Positions 1 to 10,960 are shown, counted from the first letter of the stretch. The stretch is 64,000 bases of DNA from an uncultured Acidimicrobiales bacterium (GCA_963747215.1 CAVVET010000022.1:76637-140636), one strand, 5' to 3'. Numbers and translations are program-made. The notes: generated by a model not told the origin, from the sequence alone.

Positions 1-1379
1 TCATCGGCCCCAACGGCGCCGGCAAGACGACGCTCTTCAACGTCATCAATGGGTTGCAAGTGCCTCAGGCAGGCCGGGTGATCCTCGACGGACACGACGT
101 GACGAACACATCGGCGTACAAGCGGGCACGTCTCGGGCTCGCCCGTACCTTCCAGCGCCTCGAGGTCTTCGATTCGCTGACGGTGCGGGAGAACATCCAA
201 GTCGCGGCGGAGTCGAGGGGCGACATGGCCGAGGTCGATCGGGTCATGGATCTCGTCGGGTTACGTCAGGTCGCGGATGCGCCCGTCGACACGCTGCCTA
301 CCGGATTGGCTCGGCTCGTCGAGCTTTGTCGGGCCGTCGCGACCAGACCCAAGGTGCTGCTGTGCGACGAGAGCTCCTCCGGCCTCACCGATGAAGAGAC
401 CCGCGTGGTCGGAGAGGTGATCCGTCGTGTGGCGGCAGAGGGCGTGGGGGTGTTGCTCGTCGAGCACGACATGTCGTTCGTGATGGGCACCTGCGATGTC
501 ATCCACGTGCTGAACCTCGGCGTCAAGATCGCCGAGGGCACTCCCGCCGAGATCCAAGGGAACGGCGAGGTGCGCGTCGCCTACCTCGGAGAAGCGAAAG
601 ACGAGGCTGCGCCCCGCACACGCGCTGTCGCTCACCTCCGTGAGCTCGAAGAGGTGCCACGGGCCCCGATCGTGGAGCTGCGCGACGTGCACGCGGGCTA
701 CGGGGCGATCGACGTGCTGCATGGCGTGTCACTGAAGGTGGCGCCCGGCGAGGTGTTCGGGCTGCTCGGCCCGAACGGCGCCGGCAAGTCCACGACCCTG
801 AAGGTGCTGAACGGGGAGGTGCGGCCGTCGAGCGGCGACGTGCTGCTCTGCGGGGAGTCCGTGCTCGGCGTCTCGATGGACGCCCTCGCACGAGCGGGCT
901 TGTGCACGATCCCCGAGGGGCGCGGCATCTTCCCGAACCTGACCGTCGACGACAACCTGCGGATGTCCACGTTCACTGGCGCGTCCCTCGCCGACATCCG
1001 GGAGCGGGCGTTCACGCAATTCCCGCAGCTCGGCGAGCGACGAAAGCAGCTTGCCGGCACGCTGTCCGGGGGTGAGCAGCAGATGCTCGCCCTCGCACGC
1101 GCGCTCGTTGTCGAACCCGCCGTCCTGGTCATCGACGAGCTGTCGATGGGACTCGCGCCGATCATCGTGGAGCGGCTCTATGAGATCGTCGCCGAGGTCG
1201 CCGAGAGCGAGGCGATCGCGATCTTGATCATCGAGCAGTTCGCGCACGACGTGCTCGGCGTCGCCACGAAAGCAGGAGTCATGCTGCACGGCCGGCTCGT
1301 GACGGTGGGAACCCCCGATGAAATCGCGCTCACCATCTCCGATGCCTACTTGGCGTCGTCGTCCGAGGAGCTCGTGTGA
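1..1379 (+). CDS. Branched-chain amino acid ABC transporter ATP-binding protein with LivG-like and LivF-like domains in one frame (5' end outside window)
   Basis: The frame of ORF 54..1379 stays open back to base 3, starting IGPNGAGKTTLFNV (Walker A). A second Walker A (GPNGAGKSTT) and an LSGGEQQ signature lie in the C-terminal half. The LivG-type end VRVAYLGE is followed by a ~30 aa linker, then the LivF-type domain. Confidence 0.85.
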   Translation, partial: IGPNGAGKTTLFNVINGLQVPQAGRVILDGHDVTNTSAYKRARLGLARTFQRLEVFDSLTVRENIQVAAESRGDMAEVDRVMDLVGLRQVADAPVDTLPTGLARLVELCRAVATRPKVLLCDESSSGLTDEETRVVGEVIRRVAAEGVGVLLVEHDMSFVMGTCDVIHVLNLGVKIAEGTPAEIQGNGEVRVAYLGEAKDEAAPRTRAVAHLRELEEVPRAPIVELRDVHAGYGAIDVLHGVSLKVAPGEVFGLLGPNGAGKSTTLKVLNGEVRPSSGDVLLCGESVLGVSMDALARAGLCTIPEGRGIFPNLTVDDNLRMSTFTGASLADIRERAFTQFPQLGERRKQLAGTLSGGEQQMLALARALVVEPAVLVIDELSMGLAPIIVERLYEIVAEVAESEAIAILIIEQFAHDVLGVATKAGVMLHGRLVTVGTPDEIALTISDAYLASSSEELV

Positions 1380-2569
1380 CCCAGGTGCATCCCGTGCTCG
1401 TCGTCGGTGCCGGCCCGGTCGGGATGACGGCGGCGCTGGCGCTCAGAGCTCGAGGGGTGCCGGTGACGGTGCTCGAAGCCGAAGCGGAGGACCGCGAGCG
1501 CGCCGGGAGCCGAGCGATATTCATCCACCGCGAGTCGCTCGAGCATCTCGAGTCGATCAGCGAGGGGTTGGGCTGGGAGCTGGCGCGCAACGGGCTCGTG
1601 TGGACGACGAAGAAGACGTACTACGGCGAGGACCTGGTGTACGAGCGCACCTATCCGCCTCCGGACCCGGCGCGCCTCCCCCACTCGACGAACCTGTCGC
1701 AGGTCGTGATCGAGCGGCTGCTCTCCGATGCCTGCAAGCGCGCGGGAGTCGAGTTCGTCTGGAACCAGGAGCTGGTGTCGTCGGTGACGTCGGCCGACGG
1801 TGTGGTGCTGCAGACGACCAGAGGCGATGAGTGGCATGCGGCCTACGTGATCGGTGCGGACGGGGCGCGGTCGGTGGTGCGTTCGTCCGCCGGGATCGAG
1901 CTCGAGGGACCCCGCATCGAAGATTCGTTCGTCATCGTCGACGTCGCCGAGGATGACAGCTCACCGATGGTGCCCGAGCGCGTCTTCTACTACGAGCATC
2001 CGGCCGTGCACGGGCGCAACGTGTTGCTCGTGCCGTTCGCCGGCGGCATCCGCGCCGATCTCCAACTTCGGCCCGACGACGATCCGGAGGAGTTCAACGA
2101 TCCGGAGGGGGTGCGGACCTGGATCGCGCGTGTGCTCCCGCCCAAGTACGCGGACCGGGTGACGTGGGTCTCGACGTATCGCTTCTATCAAGTCGTCGCG
2201 ACCGCCTTCACCGACGAACACCGGAGGATCGCGCTGGTCGGCGAAGCGGCGCACCTTTTCGCGCCGTTCGGAGCACGCGGTCTCAACTCGGGCATCCCGG
2301 ACGCGTTGGTGGCGGCTCGGGCAGTGGACGAAGGAACGCCGGATGCGATGGATCAGTTCGCCTCGACACGGCGCGAGGCCGCGCTCTACAACCGCGACGC
2401 GTCGAGCATTGCCCTTCGACACATGCAGGCCAACGGATTGCCGGTCCGAGTGAAGCGAAAAGTCAAGGCCGCGATCGCGAAGCGAGGTATCGCCGCTGGC
2501 GCGTGGCTCGACTCCTCGCCATTCGGGCCGCGGGCGGCCGAGCACAAGACTGAGACCGGCTCGTACTGA
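1376..2569 (+). CDS. FAD-dependent monooxygenase
   Basis: Intact 397 aa ORF. Contains VVGAGPVGMTAALAL (GxGxxG), DGARSVVR and GEAAHLFAPFGARGLNSG motifs. GTGA overlap with the upstream stop. Confidence 0.85.
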   Translation: MTQVHPVLVVGAGPVGMTAALALRARGVPVTVLEAEAEDRERAGSRAIFIHRESLEHLESISEGLGWELARNGLVWTTKKTYYGEDLVYERTYPPPDPARLPHSTNLSQVVIERLLSDACKRAGVEFVWNQELVSSVTSADGVVLQTTRGDEWHAAYVIGADGARSVVRSSAGIELEGPRIEDSFVIVDVAEDDSSPMVPERVFYYEHPAVHGRNVLLVPFAGGIRADLQLRPDDDPEEFNDPEGVRTWIARVLPPKYADRVTWVSTYRFYQVVATAFTDEHRRIALVGEAAHLFAPFGARGLNSGIPDALVAARAVDEGTPDAMDQFASTRREAALYNRDASSIALRHMQANGLPVRVKRKVKAAIAKRGIAAGAWLDSSPFGPRAAEHKTETGSY

Positions 2570-2581
2570 AGCTCAGGACGC

Positions 2582-3499
2582 TCAGCCCCGGCGCGCCGCA
2601 TCCGATGTCGTGAGATGGTGTGCCGCCTTCGCGAGCCCCGGTTCGTACTCGGCGAGGATCTGCTGGAACCGCATCTCGGCGAGGGGGCCGAGCGCGTCGT
2701 AGACACGGGCGAAGATCGCCTGCGCTTCTCGCCGAGGCCAGCCGGCGGGCAGCACGTCCTCGGGCAGCTCGGGATCGAGGTTCGGGAACTGTCGCCACAC
2801 GTCCATCACACGCGTGCGCGCCACCATCGCCTCGGCAGCACCGACATCACCCTCGTCGACGCGGTCGAGCAGCGGACCGAACTCTTTGATGAATTCCTCG
2901 TAGCTCGCCCGGAGCTCGTCGAGGTCCCATGCGCCGAGCGGGTCGCCTCCGTTCACGGCGTGCACCACGCGCCCGACGAGCACGGTGGCGCTCGCGACAC
3001 CCAGCTCTTCGAGCAGGGCCGCCGTCTCGCCGAGCTCTGCCCTCGGGGAGACCCACGCGCCGTCGTACAGGGGTGCGAAGCCGAGCCAGCGGAGTCGGGT
3101 GCGCAAGACGTGGCGCACGTCGCGCTGATCCTCCGGAACGGAGAAGATCACGACGGACCAGGACTCGTCCCAAGGACGGTTGTCGAGGCCGAAGCCGGTG
3201 ATCCGCGCGAAGCCCTCGTTCAGCACTCGTTCCGCTTTGGCGGTGAGCCCGTAGAAGGTGCGGCGCCCATCTCGCGACGAGTCCAACAGGCCGCGCCGGG
3301 CGAGTCGGCTGAGCGCAGCCCGCGCACTCGTGGATGTGATGTCGAACTCGTTGGCGACCGCGACGAGCCCCGCCGAGGGAAGGTGCTCCTTGCGGCCCGA
3401 CCAGTAGTCACCGAGAAGCGTGACGATGAGGTGCTGGGGATTCGCCCCGGTCTGGATGCGCGGCAGGTTGACGCGATCGGACACCTGCGAACCAGCCAT
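2582..3499 (-). CDS. PaaX family transcriptional regulator
   Basis: ORF 2582..3541. PaaX-like N-terminus: QHLIVTLLGDYW...ITSTSARAALSRLARRGLL...GRRTFYGLT. Probable ATG at 3499; an alternative start is at 3541. Confidence 0.8.
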   Translation of the reverse strand: MAGSQVSDRVNLPRIQTGANPQHLIVTLLGDYWSGRKEHLPSAGLVAVANEFDITSTSARAALSRLARRGLLDSSRDGRRTFYGLTAKAERVLNEGFARITGFGLDNRPWDESWSVVIFSVPEDQRDVRHVLRTRLRWLGFAPLYDGAWVSPRAELGETAALLEELGVASATVLVGRVVHAVNGGDPLGAWDLDELRASYEEFIKEFGPLLDRVDEGDVGAAEAMVARTRVMDVWRQFPNLDPELPEDVLPAGWPRREAQAIFARVYDALGPLAEMRFQQILAEYEPGLAKAAHHLTTSDAARRG

Positions 3500-3566
3500 C
3501 AGTGACCACGATACTGACGGGTACCAGCACGGCCGTTCCACTCCGGCGGGCCAGCGACCTCACCCA

Positions 3567-4754
3567 TCAGACGCTCGCGTTCACCGGAAGGTCGATACCG
3601 AGCAACTGCTCGGTCCTCCACTTCCGGTGCTGCTCGTCGCGGTCGCGGAACTCGGGCAGCACCTCGGTGGCGAGCAGCTCGATCGACTCCATGATGTGCT
3701 CGTGGCGGGTGTCGCCGTTCTGCATCGCGAAGCCGGCGAAGTCGACGTTGGTGTCCTCGATGAGCGGAGCTTCGACCGTCACCGTCTCCGGGCTGCCGAT
3801 CAGGTTCGCGTCGGGATTGTTCGGAAAGCCCGGCACCGGAGCACCCGGCGCGAGGTCACGCTTGACGGCGGCGAGCTCGCGGGTGAGGTGGTTGCCCTCG
3901 TGCCCGACGAGCTGTCCGGATCGAAAGATCGAGTACGAGAAGAAGTCGACTCCGTCCGCCGCTCGGGCCTCCGCCTCGGCATCGTTGGTGCCACCAACGT
4001 GGTCGAGAACGCGCCGACTGCCGGGTTCACGGCCTTGCCGATCGGATTGATGCCGCCTCGCACGCCCTCCCAGTACTGCTCGACGCAGGCCCGCACGAGG
4101 TCGGGCCCGAAGAGGGCGAGGATGAGACAGCCCACGCCGGTGGATCCGAGCTCGTGGCACAGGTCGACGCGGGTGGTCGAGCGCCAGATCGGCGGATGCG
4201 GCCACTGCGCCGGTCGGGGCACGACCGTCACTGCTGGCATCTGCAGGTAGTCGCCTTCGAAGCCCGGGATACGGATCTTCGCTCAGCATGCGGAGACACT
4301 CGCGTGTGCACTCGCGCCACATGTCGTGACCGTGCGCGAGGAGCTTATCGGTCTCGCCGTCGAGGCCGTGCAGGATCGGCGGATGCTCGTTCGGGTTGCC
4401 CGCGCCGGTGCCGAGCTCGTACCGACCGCGTGACAAGACGTCGATCGTGGCCGCACGTTCCGCGACACGCGCTGGATGGTTGTGCCGAGTCACCATCTGC
4501 GTGATGCCACTGCCGATGCGGATCTGCTTCGTGCGCTGGCTGATCGCACCCATGATCACCTCCGGCGCGGACACCTGCGTGTACTCGCCGAGGAAGTGGT
4601 GCTCGCCGATCCAGACGTAGTCGAAGCCGAGCCGGTCGGCGAGCTCGATCTGGTCCAGGATCTCGTGAAAGCGGGTGACCTGTTGGCCGTCGTCCCAGTC
4701 GTCGTTGTCGAGCGGTTTCGGAAGGTGGCCGAGATAGAAGAGGCCGAACTTCAC
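3567..4754 (-). CDS. LLM-class (luciferase-like) flavin-dependent oxidoreductase, frame-disrupted
   Basis: Starts VKFGLFYLG..., with GFDYVWIGEHHF in the frame of ORF 3567..5069. The middle (~4255-4025) reads correctly only in the frame of ORF 3800..4240 (VVPRPAQWPHPPIW...). The sequence then returns to the first frame, so the two breaks compensate. GTGA overlap with the FAH stop at 4751-4754. Confidence 0.75.
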   Translation of the reverse strand: MKFGLFYLGHLPKPLDNDDWDDGQQVTRFHEILDQIELADRLGFDYVWIGEHHFLGEYTQVSAPEVIMGAISQRTKQIRIGSGITQMVTRHNHPARVAERAATIDVLSRGRYELGTGAGNPNEHPPILHGLDGETDKLLAHGHDMWRECTRECLRMLSEDPYPGLRRRLPADASSDGRAPTGAVAASADLALDHPRRPVPRARIHRRGLSHPRPLRARPRAGLRRAVLGGRARRHQSDRQGREPGSRRVLDHVGGTNDAEAEARAADGVDFFSYSIFRSGQLVGHEGNHLTRELAAVKRDLAPGAPVPGFPNNPDANLIGSPETVTVEAPLIEDTNVDFAGFAMQNGDTRHEHIMESIELLATEVLPEFRDRDEQHRKWRTEQLLGIDLPVNASV

Positions 4755-5575
4755 GGCTGTTCCCGGCGGCAGACGTTGCGACACTCGCCGAGGCCGGCGA
4801 TGCGGGTGACCATCACCGAGCCGTCCTCGAGGAACTGCCCGGATGCCATGCCCACACCACCAGGCGTGCCGGTCGCGATGACGTCGCCGGGCTCGAGCGT
4901 GTGGATGATCGAGGCGTACGCGACCAGAGCGGCCGGGCCGAACACGAGATCGGAAGTGTCGGCCTTCTGCTTCTGCGCTCCGTCGACTTCGCACGCGATC
5001 TCTCGGCTCGGGCCCGGCGACTCGTCGGCGGTCACCAACCACGGCCCGAGCGGGGTGGATCGCTCCCACGTCTTGCCCTGCAGGAACTGGCTCGTGCGCA
5101 TCTGGAAGTCACGGACGGAGACGTCGTTCATGATCGTGTAGCCGGCGATGTGCTCGGTCGCCTTCTCCTCGGGGATGCGACGGCCGCGCTTGCCGATGAC
5201 GATGGTCAGCTCGGCTTCCCAGTCCACCTTCTGCGATTCGGCGGCGAGCATCACGTCGTCGTTCGCGCCGACCAACGCCGACGTGAACTTCGAGAACAGC
5301 GTCGGGTGGACGGGGAGCTCGTTGCCGGTTTCGAGCACGTGACTGCGGTAGTTCAGACCGACGCACAGGATCTTGTCGGGAGCGGGAATGAGAGGCGCAT
5401 AGTCGAGACCGTCGACCGGGCCTCCGCGGGCCATCGGCAGCCGGCAGCCCACGTCTGCCAGTCCGTCGCGTTCGAGCACGGCGCGCACGTCAGCGACGCC
5501 GAGGTCGATCGCTTCGTCGCCCTCGATGCGCACGGCACGCGTCGCTCCACCATCACGGATCGTTGCCAGCTTCAT
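4751..5575 (-). CDS. Fumarylacetoacetate hydrolase (FAH) family protein
   Basis: Intact 274 aa ORF with FAH-family pattern: KILCVGLNYRSH...DWEAELTIVIGK...GYTIMNDVSVRD...PGDVIATGTPGGVG. Confidence 0.9.
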   Translation of the reverse strand: MKLATIRDGGATRAVRIEGDEAIDLGVADVRAVLERDGLADVGCRLPMARGGPVDGLDYAPLIPAPDKILCVGLNYRSHVLETGNELPVHPTLFSKFTSALVGANDDVMLAAESQKVDWEAELTIVIGKRGRRIPEEKATEHIAGYTIMNDVSVRDFQMRTSQFLQGKTWERSTPLGPWLVTADESPGPSREIACEVDGAQKQKADTSDLVFGPAALVAYASIIHTLEPGDVIATGTPGGVGMASGQFLEDGSVMVTRIAGLGECRNVCRREQP

Positions 5576-5591
5576 TTCGTTCTCCTCTCAG

Positions 5592-6649
5592 TCAGCGGCG
5601 CGGCTCGTGGTCGGCTCGCGACCGAGCGAGCTTCAGCACGGGCAGGACTTCCTTCGCGAAGAGCTCGATCCCCGGCCGCACGATCTCGTTCGGCATGCCC
5701 CCGCCGCTCGCACGGAACGCGAACGAGAAGTGCGTGCACTGCGCGCCCTCGAGCATCGGCACGAGGCGACCGAGGATGTCGTCGGGCGTGCCGAGCAGCG
5801 GGCGCCATGAAGCTGTCCGGGGGATCGGCCAGCTCGTCGCAATGGCGGCAGCGGTGGCACCGCCTTCATCGGGCTGTCGAGCATCGCGATCCAGGTGCGC
5901 TTGCGGTACTCGTTCTGCCAGTTCCACCAGCCGACCTTGCATTCCTCCCACGCCCTCTCCGGCGTGGCGGCGAGGTGACCACTCACGAACATCGAGAGGT
6001 TGCGCGTCATCGGATCGATGCCGGCTTCGTTCAGGCCCTCGAGGTACTCCGGCCGGAAGACCGGACCTCCCTGCGCGTGGAATCCTCGCTTGCCCGAGTT
6101 GTACTGCAGCTTCGAGCCGAGGCCACCTACCCACAGAGGGAATGGGTCCTGGACCGGCCTGGTCGTCTGGCGGATCGGTCGGGGGATGGAGAAGTGCTTC
6201 CCCTCATACGTGAAGCTGTCCTCTTCGAACGAGCGGCGAAGGATTTCCATCTCCTCCCAGAACCGGCTCCACCGAGTCTTGGGGTCGACGCCGAACGCGA
6301 TGAACTCCTCCTCGACCGAGCCCGTGCCGCAGATGAGGTCGAGACGTCCGTTCGAGAGGATGTCGACGGTCGCGGCGTCTTCGGAGACACGCAGCGGGTG
6401 GTGAAGCGGCAGAAGAAAGACGTTCGTGTGCAACCGGATGCGCGACGTACGGCCGGCGATGTTCGCGAGGATCGGCAGCTGCGAGGGCGACCACGCGTCG
6501 TCCTCGAAGTGGTGCTCGCTCGTCGAGACGAAGTCGAAGCCGAGGTCTTCGGCCATCACGGCTTCGTCGGTAAACGACTTGTAGACGTCGCTCAGCGGTT
6601 CGAAGTCGTCAGCCAGCGTCTTGATCGCCAGTGCAATGCCGACCTGCAT
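5592..6649 (-). CDS. LLM-class flavin-dependent oxidoreductase, one frame break
   Basis: The N-terminal 270 aa lie in ORF 5633..6649 (LGFDFVSTSEHHF). The true C-terminus (LLGTPDDILGRLVPMLE...ELFAKEVLPVLK) lies in ORF 5592..6134. The break is near 5815-5830. Confidence 0.8.
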
Positions 6650-6733
6650 GGGACCCCCTGCTCACGGTCTGGCGCGGACCATACACGATTTCCCTGACGC
6701 CCGACAGGGCTTGTGTCTCGTGACCCGCGACTC

Positions 6734-7103
6734 CTAGGCGTCGGATCGCACGGTGTCGACGAGCGTGCCCTCGTTGAGCTGCCACAGGTGCACGGTGTTG
6801 CTGCGGTATCCCCGTTGGGCAAAGGGCTCGTCCGCCGCCACGCTCCGCGGCTTCCCTGTTGGCCACGCGGAGGATCGCCATCCCAGCCATGCCCGTCTCG
6901 CGCTCGATCGGGCCGGCACCGAGCAGGACACCGCTCTCTTCGAGCTCCCACCAGAACACGAAGTGCTCGCGGAGCACGGCCTCGAACTCCGCAGTGCCTG
7001 GTGCGGGGCACGATGGCGTCGGATCGAGGAACATCACGAACAACGAGATCTCGGCGTGGCGGTTCGCGAGGAACCACTCGAGCGACGCGTCGCGATCGAC
7101 CAT
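6734..7103 (-). CDS. YciI-like family protein, one frame break
   Basis: Starts MVDRDASLEWFLANRH...GVLLGAGPIE...MAILRVANREAAE in ORF 6609..7184. The C-terminus VAADEPFAQRGYRSNTVHLWQLNEG is in ORF 6734..6931. The break is near 6850. Confidence 0.6.
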
Positions 7104-7107
7104 CGGT

Positions 7108-8296
7108 TCAGCCCTCGACCCGTAGCACCACGGCGCCGCCGGTGTCACCGGCCGCGCAGCCGGTGAAGAGCCCGACGCCGCCACCTCGCGCTTCGAGCTC
7201 CGCGATCAGCTCGACAATCGCGCGGGCACCGGTTGGCCCCTGGGGATGGCCGTAGATGAGGCTGCACCCGAACGCGTTCGTCCGCTCGACCGGAAAGCCC
7301 GTCTGCCGGGCGAACCACACGTCGTTCACCGCGAACGGGTTGTGTGACTTGACTGCATCCACCTCGTCGATCGTGAGCCCAGCGTCGGCAAGGGCGGCGA
7401 GCGCGGCCGGCACCGGGGCCTTCGGCATGCGGGCTCTCTCGACGCGCGAGAAACCGGTGCCGAGGACGCGTGCGACGCCCCGGCCGCCGCTCAGCTCGCG
7501 GGCGACCTCGATCGGAGCGATCACCATGCCGGCGGTGCCATCGGCGGGATGGGTCTGCGTGCCGAACGTGACCACGCCGTCGGGCGCTGCGGCGTCAGCT
7601 TCGCAAGACCTTCGGCCGTCGTGGGGTAGATGCCGTCGTCGGCGTCGACGATGAGCGGATCTCGACCGCGACGCGGCACGGTCACCGGCACCATCCACCC
7701 CCGCTGGAACGCCCGGTCGTCGGCGAGCGCGGCTTCGTACTGCGCGTAGCGCAACAGCGTGAGCTCGTCGAGCTCGCCTCGTTCGATGTCCGCCTCCGCG
7801 GCAACGGCCTCAGCGGTGTCGACCATGGCCTGGCCGGCCCACGGATCCTTCTTGAAGTTGTCCAGGATCCAGTGCTCGATCGTGGGCGAGCCGCCCGGGT
7901 CCGGAGCTCGAGGGATAAGTCAGCAACGGGCCGTTGCTCGTGCGATCAGTGGCGATCACCGCGACCACCTCACCGGCGTCGGCAGCAGGCCGCGCCGGCC
8001 TGCACGCACATCGCCGAGGTCGCGCACGCCTGGGAGATCATCGGTCCGGTGATGTCTGGTGCGCCGATCTTCGCCGCGAGAGTCGGACCGCCGAAGAACG
8101 ATTCCTTCTGCGGAACGGTGATGCCGAGCACGATCGAGTCGAGCCGCGACGGCTCGATTCCCGCCCGCTGCAACGCGTCACGGGTGACTTGCGCGGCGAG
8201 GTCGATGCTGTTGACGTCGGCGAGCGAGCCCTGCCAGCGCACGAACGGAGACGACCATGCTGCGCCCAACGGGATGGCCGCGTCGCGGTGCCTCAT
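7108..8296 (-). CDS. Thiolase (acetyl-CoA acetyltransferase family), about 3 frame breaks
   Basis: The N-terminus in ORF 7970..8296 carries the catalytic-Cys context ISQACATSAM. The middle is in ORF 7521..7826. The C-terminus in ORF 7108..7698 has NAFGCSLIYGHPQGPTGAR...GCAAGDTGGA. Confidence 0.8.
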
Positions 8297-8757
8297 TTCC
8301 GCGCCGACCGCTCGATGGCCTCGACGATGCGATCGGTCGAGGCCCGCTGCTCGTACAGCTCGCGCACGAGCCAGTAGCGCAAGTACCGCGAAAGCGAGTG
8401 ACGAGCCCAGATCACTGCACCCACGATGGCGATGCCGACGCCAAGGATCGTCAGGGCGAGCGAGTCACCCTGCTCGAGCGCATCGCCGGCGTTTCGCACG
8501 CCGGTGATGCCGACGACGGCCACAATGAACCCGGCGATGAGCGCGAGAATCCCGATGACCAGGAACGCACGCTCCGGCTCGGCGCGGCTGCCCTTCACCT
8601 TGAGCCTGCGGATCTCCTCCTCGAACTGCTCGAGGCGGGGGCCCGACAGCACCGCCGACGGAGTCGCGGCCGGCTCGGTGGCGATGGACGTAGGCGTCTC
8701 GGCGACGTCGGTCACGGCGTTGTCCTCCCCCCTGTCGTCCTCCCCGGTGGCGATCAA
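8293..8757 (-). CDS. Hypothetical membrane protein (2 TM helices)
   Basis: Intact 154 aa ORF. Acidic N-terminus, then two hydrophobic helices (FLVIGILALIAGFIVAVVGI and LTILGVGIAIVGAVIW). ATGA-type overlap with the thiolase start. No family recognised. Confidence 0.5.
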   Translation of the reverse strand: MIATGEDDRGEDNAVTDVAETPTSIATEPAATPSAVLSGPRLEQFEEEIRRLKVKGSRAEPERAFLVIGILALIAGFIVAVVGITGVRNAGDALEQGDSLALTILGVGIAIVGAVIWARHSLSRYLRYWLVRELYEQRASTDRIVEAIERSARK

Positions 8758-8858
8758 CCAACGGTAGCGACCGGACCTCCGGGGCCAAACTAGCGATCTT
8801 GTGTGCCGAGCGTCAACAGATGTGTAGGGTGTTGCCGAGACAGATCTTGGGGGGTGTC

Positions 8859-9876
8859 ATGGAGTTCTCACTGCTCAACGCAGTCCGCAACCATCCGCAG
8901 TCGGCCTACGCCGAGAAGGACGTCTACGCCGACTACATCAGCGACGCCCTCCTCGCCGAGGAGATGGGCTTCGTCCGCTCGTGGTACGGCGAGCACCACT
9001 TCCGCGAGTGTCAATGGACGGGATCGCCGATCCAGGTCTGCACCGCAGTGGCGGCCCGCACCGAGCGGCTGCGCGTCGGCACGGCGGTCGCGCTGTTGCC
9101 GTTCCACGATCCGATCCGCATGGCCGAGGACGTTGCGATCTGCGACATCTTGTCGGGCGGTCGCTTCGACTTCGGGGTCGGTCCCGGCTCGCAGTTCGAG
9201 GAGTTCCGCTCGTTCGGCATCGATCCCAAGACCATGAACGGCCGCATGTACGAATCGATCGACTGGATCCTGCGCGCGTTCGACGAGAAGGGCGAGTTCA
9301 GCCACAAGGGCAAGTACTACGACATCCCGAACATGACGTTCACGACGAAGCCGGTTCAGAGCCCCGTGCCGGTGTGGTCGAGCTCTATGGGCCCGAAGAA
9401 CGCGGCTCGCTCGGCGGAGCGCGGCTTCAACTTCATCGGTCCAGGCAACTTCGGCTACGACGCCGCGCTCACCGCCGCGGGTCGGAACCCGGCCGACTGC
9501 AAGATCGCGTCGATGCAGGTCATCCACGTCTCCGACTCGACCGACAAGGCGTGGGAGGAGGCAGGCGCGGGCATCGAGTACTTCGTGAACTTCTACAACC
9601 TTCGGCTCGGCCTCGACGGCCAGCCTCAGGGCAACGACCCGATCACGCAGGACATGATCCGCGGCGGCAACGCCGGGTTCTGGTCGGCGGCAGTCGGCAC
9701 TCCCGACGACGTGACCAAGGCGCTCGCGCCCTTCGCCTCAGGCCAGCTCGGCCGCATCACCGAGTTCGCCTGCGGGTTCCGGCACGCGGGCATGCGCAAC
9801 GACGTCGTGCAGCAAGTCGATGCGGCTGTTCCACGAGCACGTGCAGCCTGCGCTGCAGGAGATTGCTTCGAACTGA
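8859..9876 (+). CDS. LLM-class flavin-dependent oxidoreductase, one 3' frame break
   Basis: Starts MEFSLLNAV..., with GFVRSWYGEHHF, inside ORF 8799..9977. After ~9812 the expected C-terminus SMRLFHEHVQPALQEIASN reads in the +1 frame and ends at TGA 9874-9876. Confidence 0.8.
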
Positions 9877-9879
9877 TCG

Positions 9880-10172
9880 TCAGAGATCGACTGCGCGCAC
9901 CTTCGCAACGAGGTCGCCCCTCACGAGGTTCGGGTTCGTCGGAGAACACCTCGGCACGCTCGGGCGATGCCATGTAGTCGGCTCTCGGCGGTGTCGAAGT
10001 CGCCGTCGTGCGCGACTGCCCAAACGAACTCGCTGTGGGCGTCGTCGGCGTACGCGAACACGACGCGGAACCCGTACTTGGCACGGGGTTCGATGATCGA
10101 ACGCCACCACATGATGAAGTCGTCCATTCGACCTGACTCGATCGTGTAGCGCCGCAGCTGAATAGTCGTCAT
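9880..10172 (-). CDS. NIPSNAP-like small protein, about 2 frame breaks
   Basis: MTTIQLRRYTIESGRMDDFIMWWRSIIEPRAKYGFRVVFAY... from ATG 10172. The C-terminus is reconstructed through two more frames (YMASPERAEVFSDEP, then NLVRGDLVAKVRAVDL, stop at 9880). Confidence 0.5.
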
Positions 10173-10173
10173 G

Positions 10174-10960
10174 TCACACAATCCCCGTGTAGGTGCCGCC
10201 TTCGAGGTGCAGGTTGGTGCCGGACATGTAGCCGGCGTGATCGCTGCACACGAACGCGCATGTCTTGCCGAACTCGGTGGGCGTGCCAAATCGCTTCGCC
10301 GCGACGGATGACACCTGCCGCGCCCACGCCTCGTCGAACGAGACGCCGCGCACCTCGGCCTCGTGTTGCACGACATCGCGCTGGCGTTGCGATTCGATGC
10401 CGCGCGGCTGCAAGAAGTTGATCGTGACGCCGTGAGCCGCCGCGTCGAAGGACGCGGCCTTCATCATCGCGGTCTGCGCCGCTCGTGCGCTGGCGCTCGC
10501 GATCTGCACCTCCTCGGGTGCGGTGACCATCGCCGACGTGATGCACACGATGCGACCCCAGCCCCGTTCCTTCATCCCGGGCAACACTGCCATCAACAGC
10601 GCGAGCGGCGTGCGGAAGTGCAGTGTCAGCGCTTCCTCGAAGCTCTCGACCGTCTGGTCGGCGAGGATGCCGGGCTTCGGCCCTCGGTTGTTCGTGACGA
10701 GGATGTCGGGCTCGGGACATGCCGCGAGAAGTGCGTCACGGCCAGGCTCGGTCGTGATGTCGGCAGTGACGGCGATGACATCGCGCTCGATGCCCGGCAG
10801 CGCCCGGATCGTCGGCCGCTGCCTTCTCGAGCTTCTCCTCGTCTCGTCCGTTGACGACGAGGTTCACGCCTTCTTCGGCGAGCGCTTCGGCGCAGGCCAG
10901 GCCCAAGCCCTGGCTGGACGCGCACACGATGCCCCAACGCCCGGCGATGCCGAGGTCCAT
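10174..10960 (-). CDS. SDR family oxidoreductase, one frame break
   Basis: ORF 10736..10960 begins MDLGIAGRWGIVCASSQGLG (Gly-rich NAD(P) site). After the break near 10815 the sequence continues IRALPGIERDVIAVTADI... into ORF 10174..10596. Confidence 0.8.

Noticed and set aside
4901-6697. 598 aa plus-strand ORF. Similar very long ORFs occur at 14981..16975 (664 aa), 19139..20125, 27143..27874, 32377..34230 and 42678..43895.
   Set aside because: They lie antisense or out of frame to genes with clear family signatures. They are rich in Arg/Ala/Pro/Gly with no recognisable motifs. These are typical shadow ORFs of a high-GC genome, where stop codons are rare.
8795-8852. Repeated GATCTTG and GCCGAG words in the divergent promoter region upstream of the third LLM gene.
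   Set aside because: The words occur in permuted order and form neither a true direct repeat nor an inverted repeat. They are too short to distinguish from chance.
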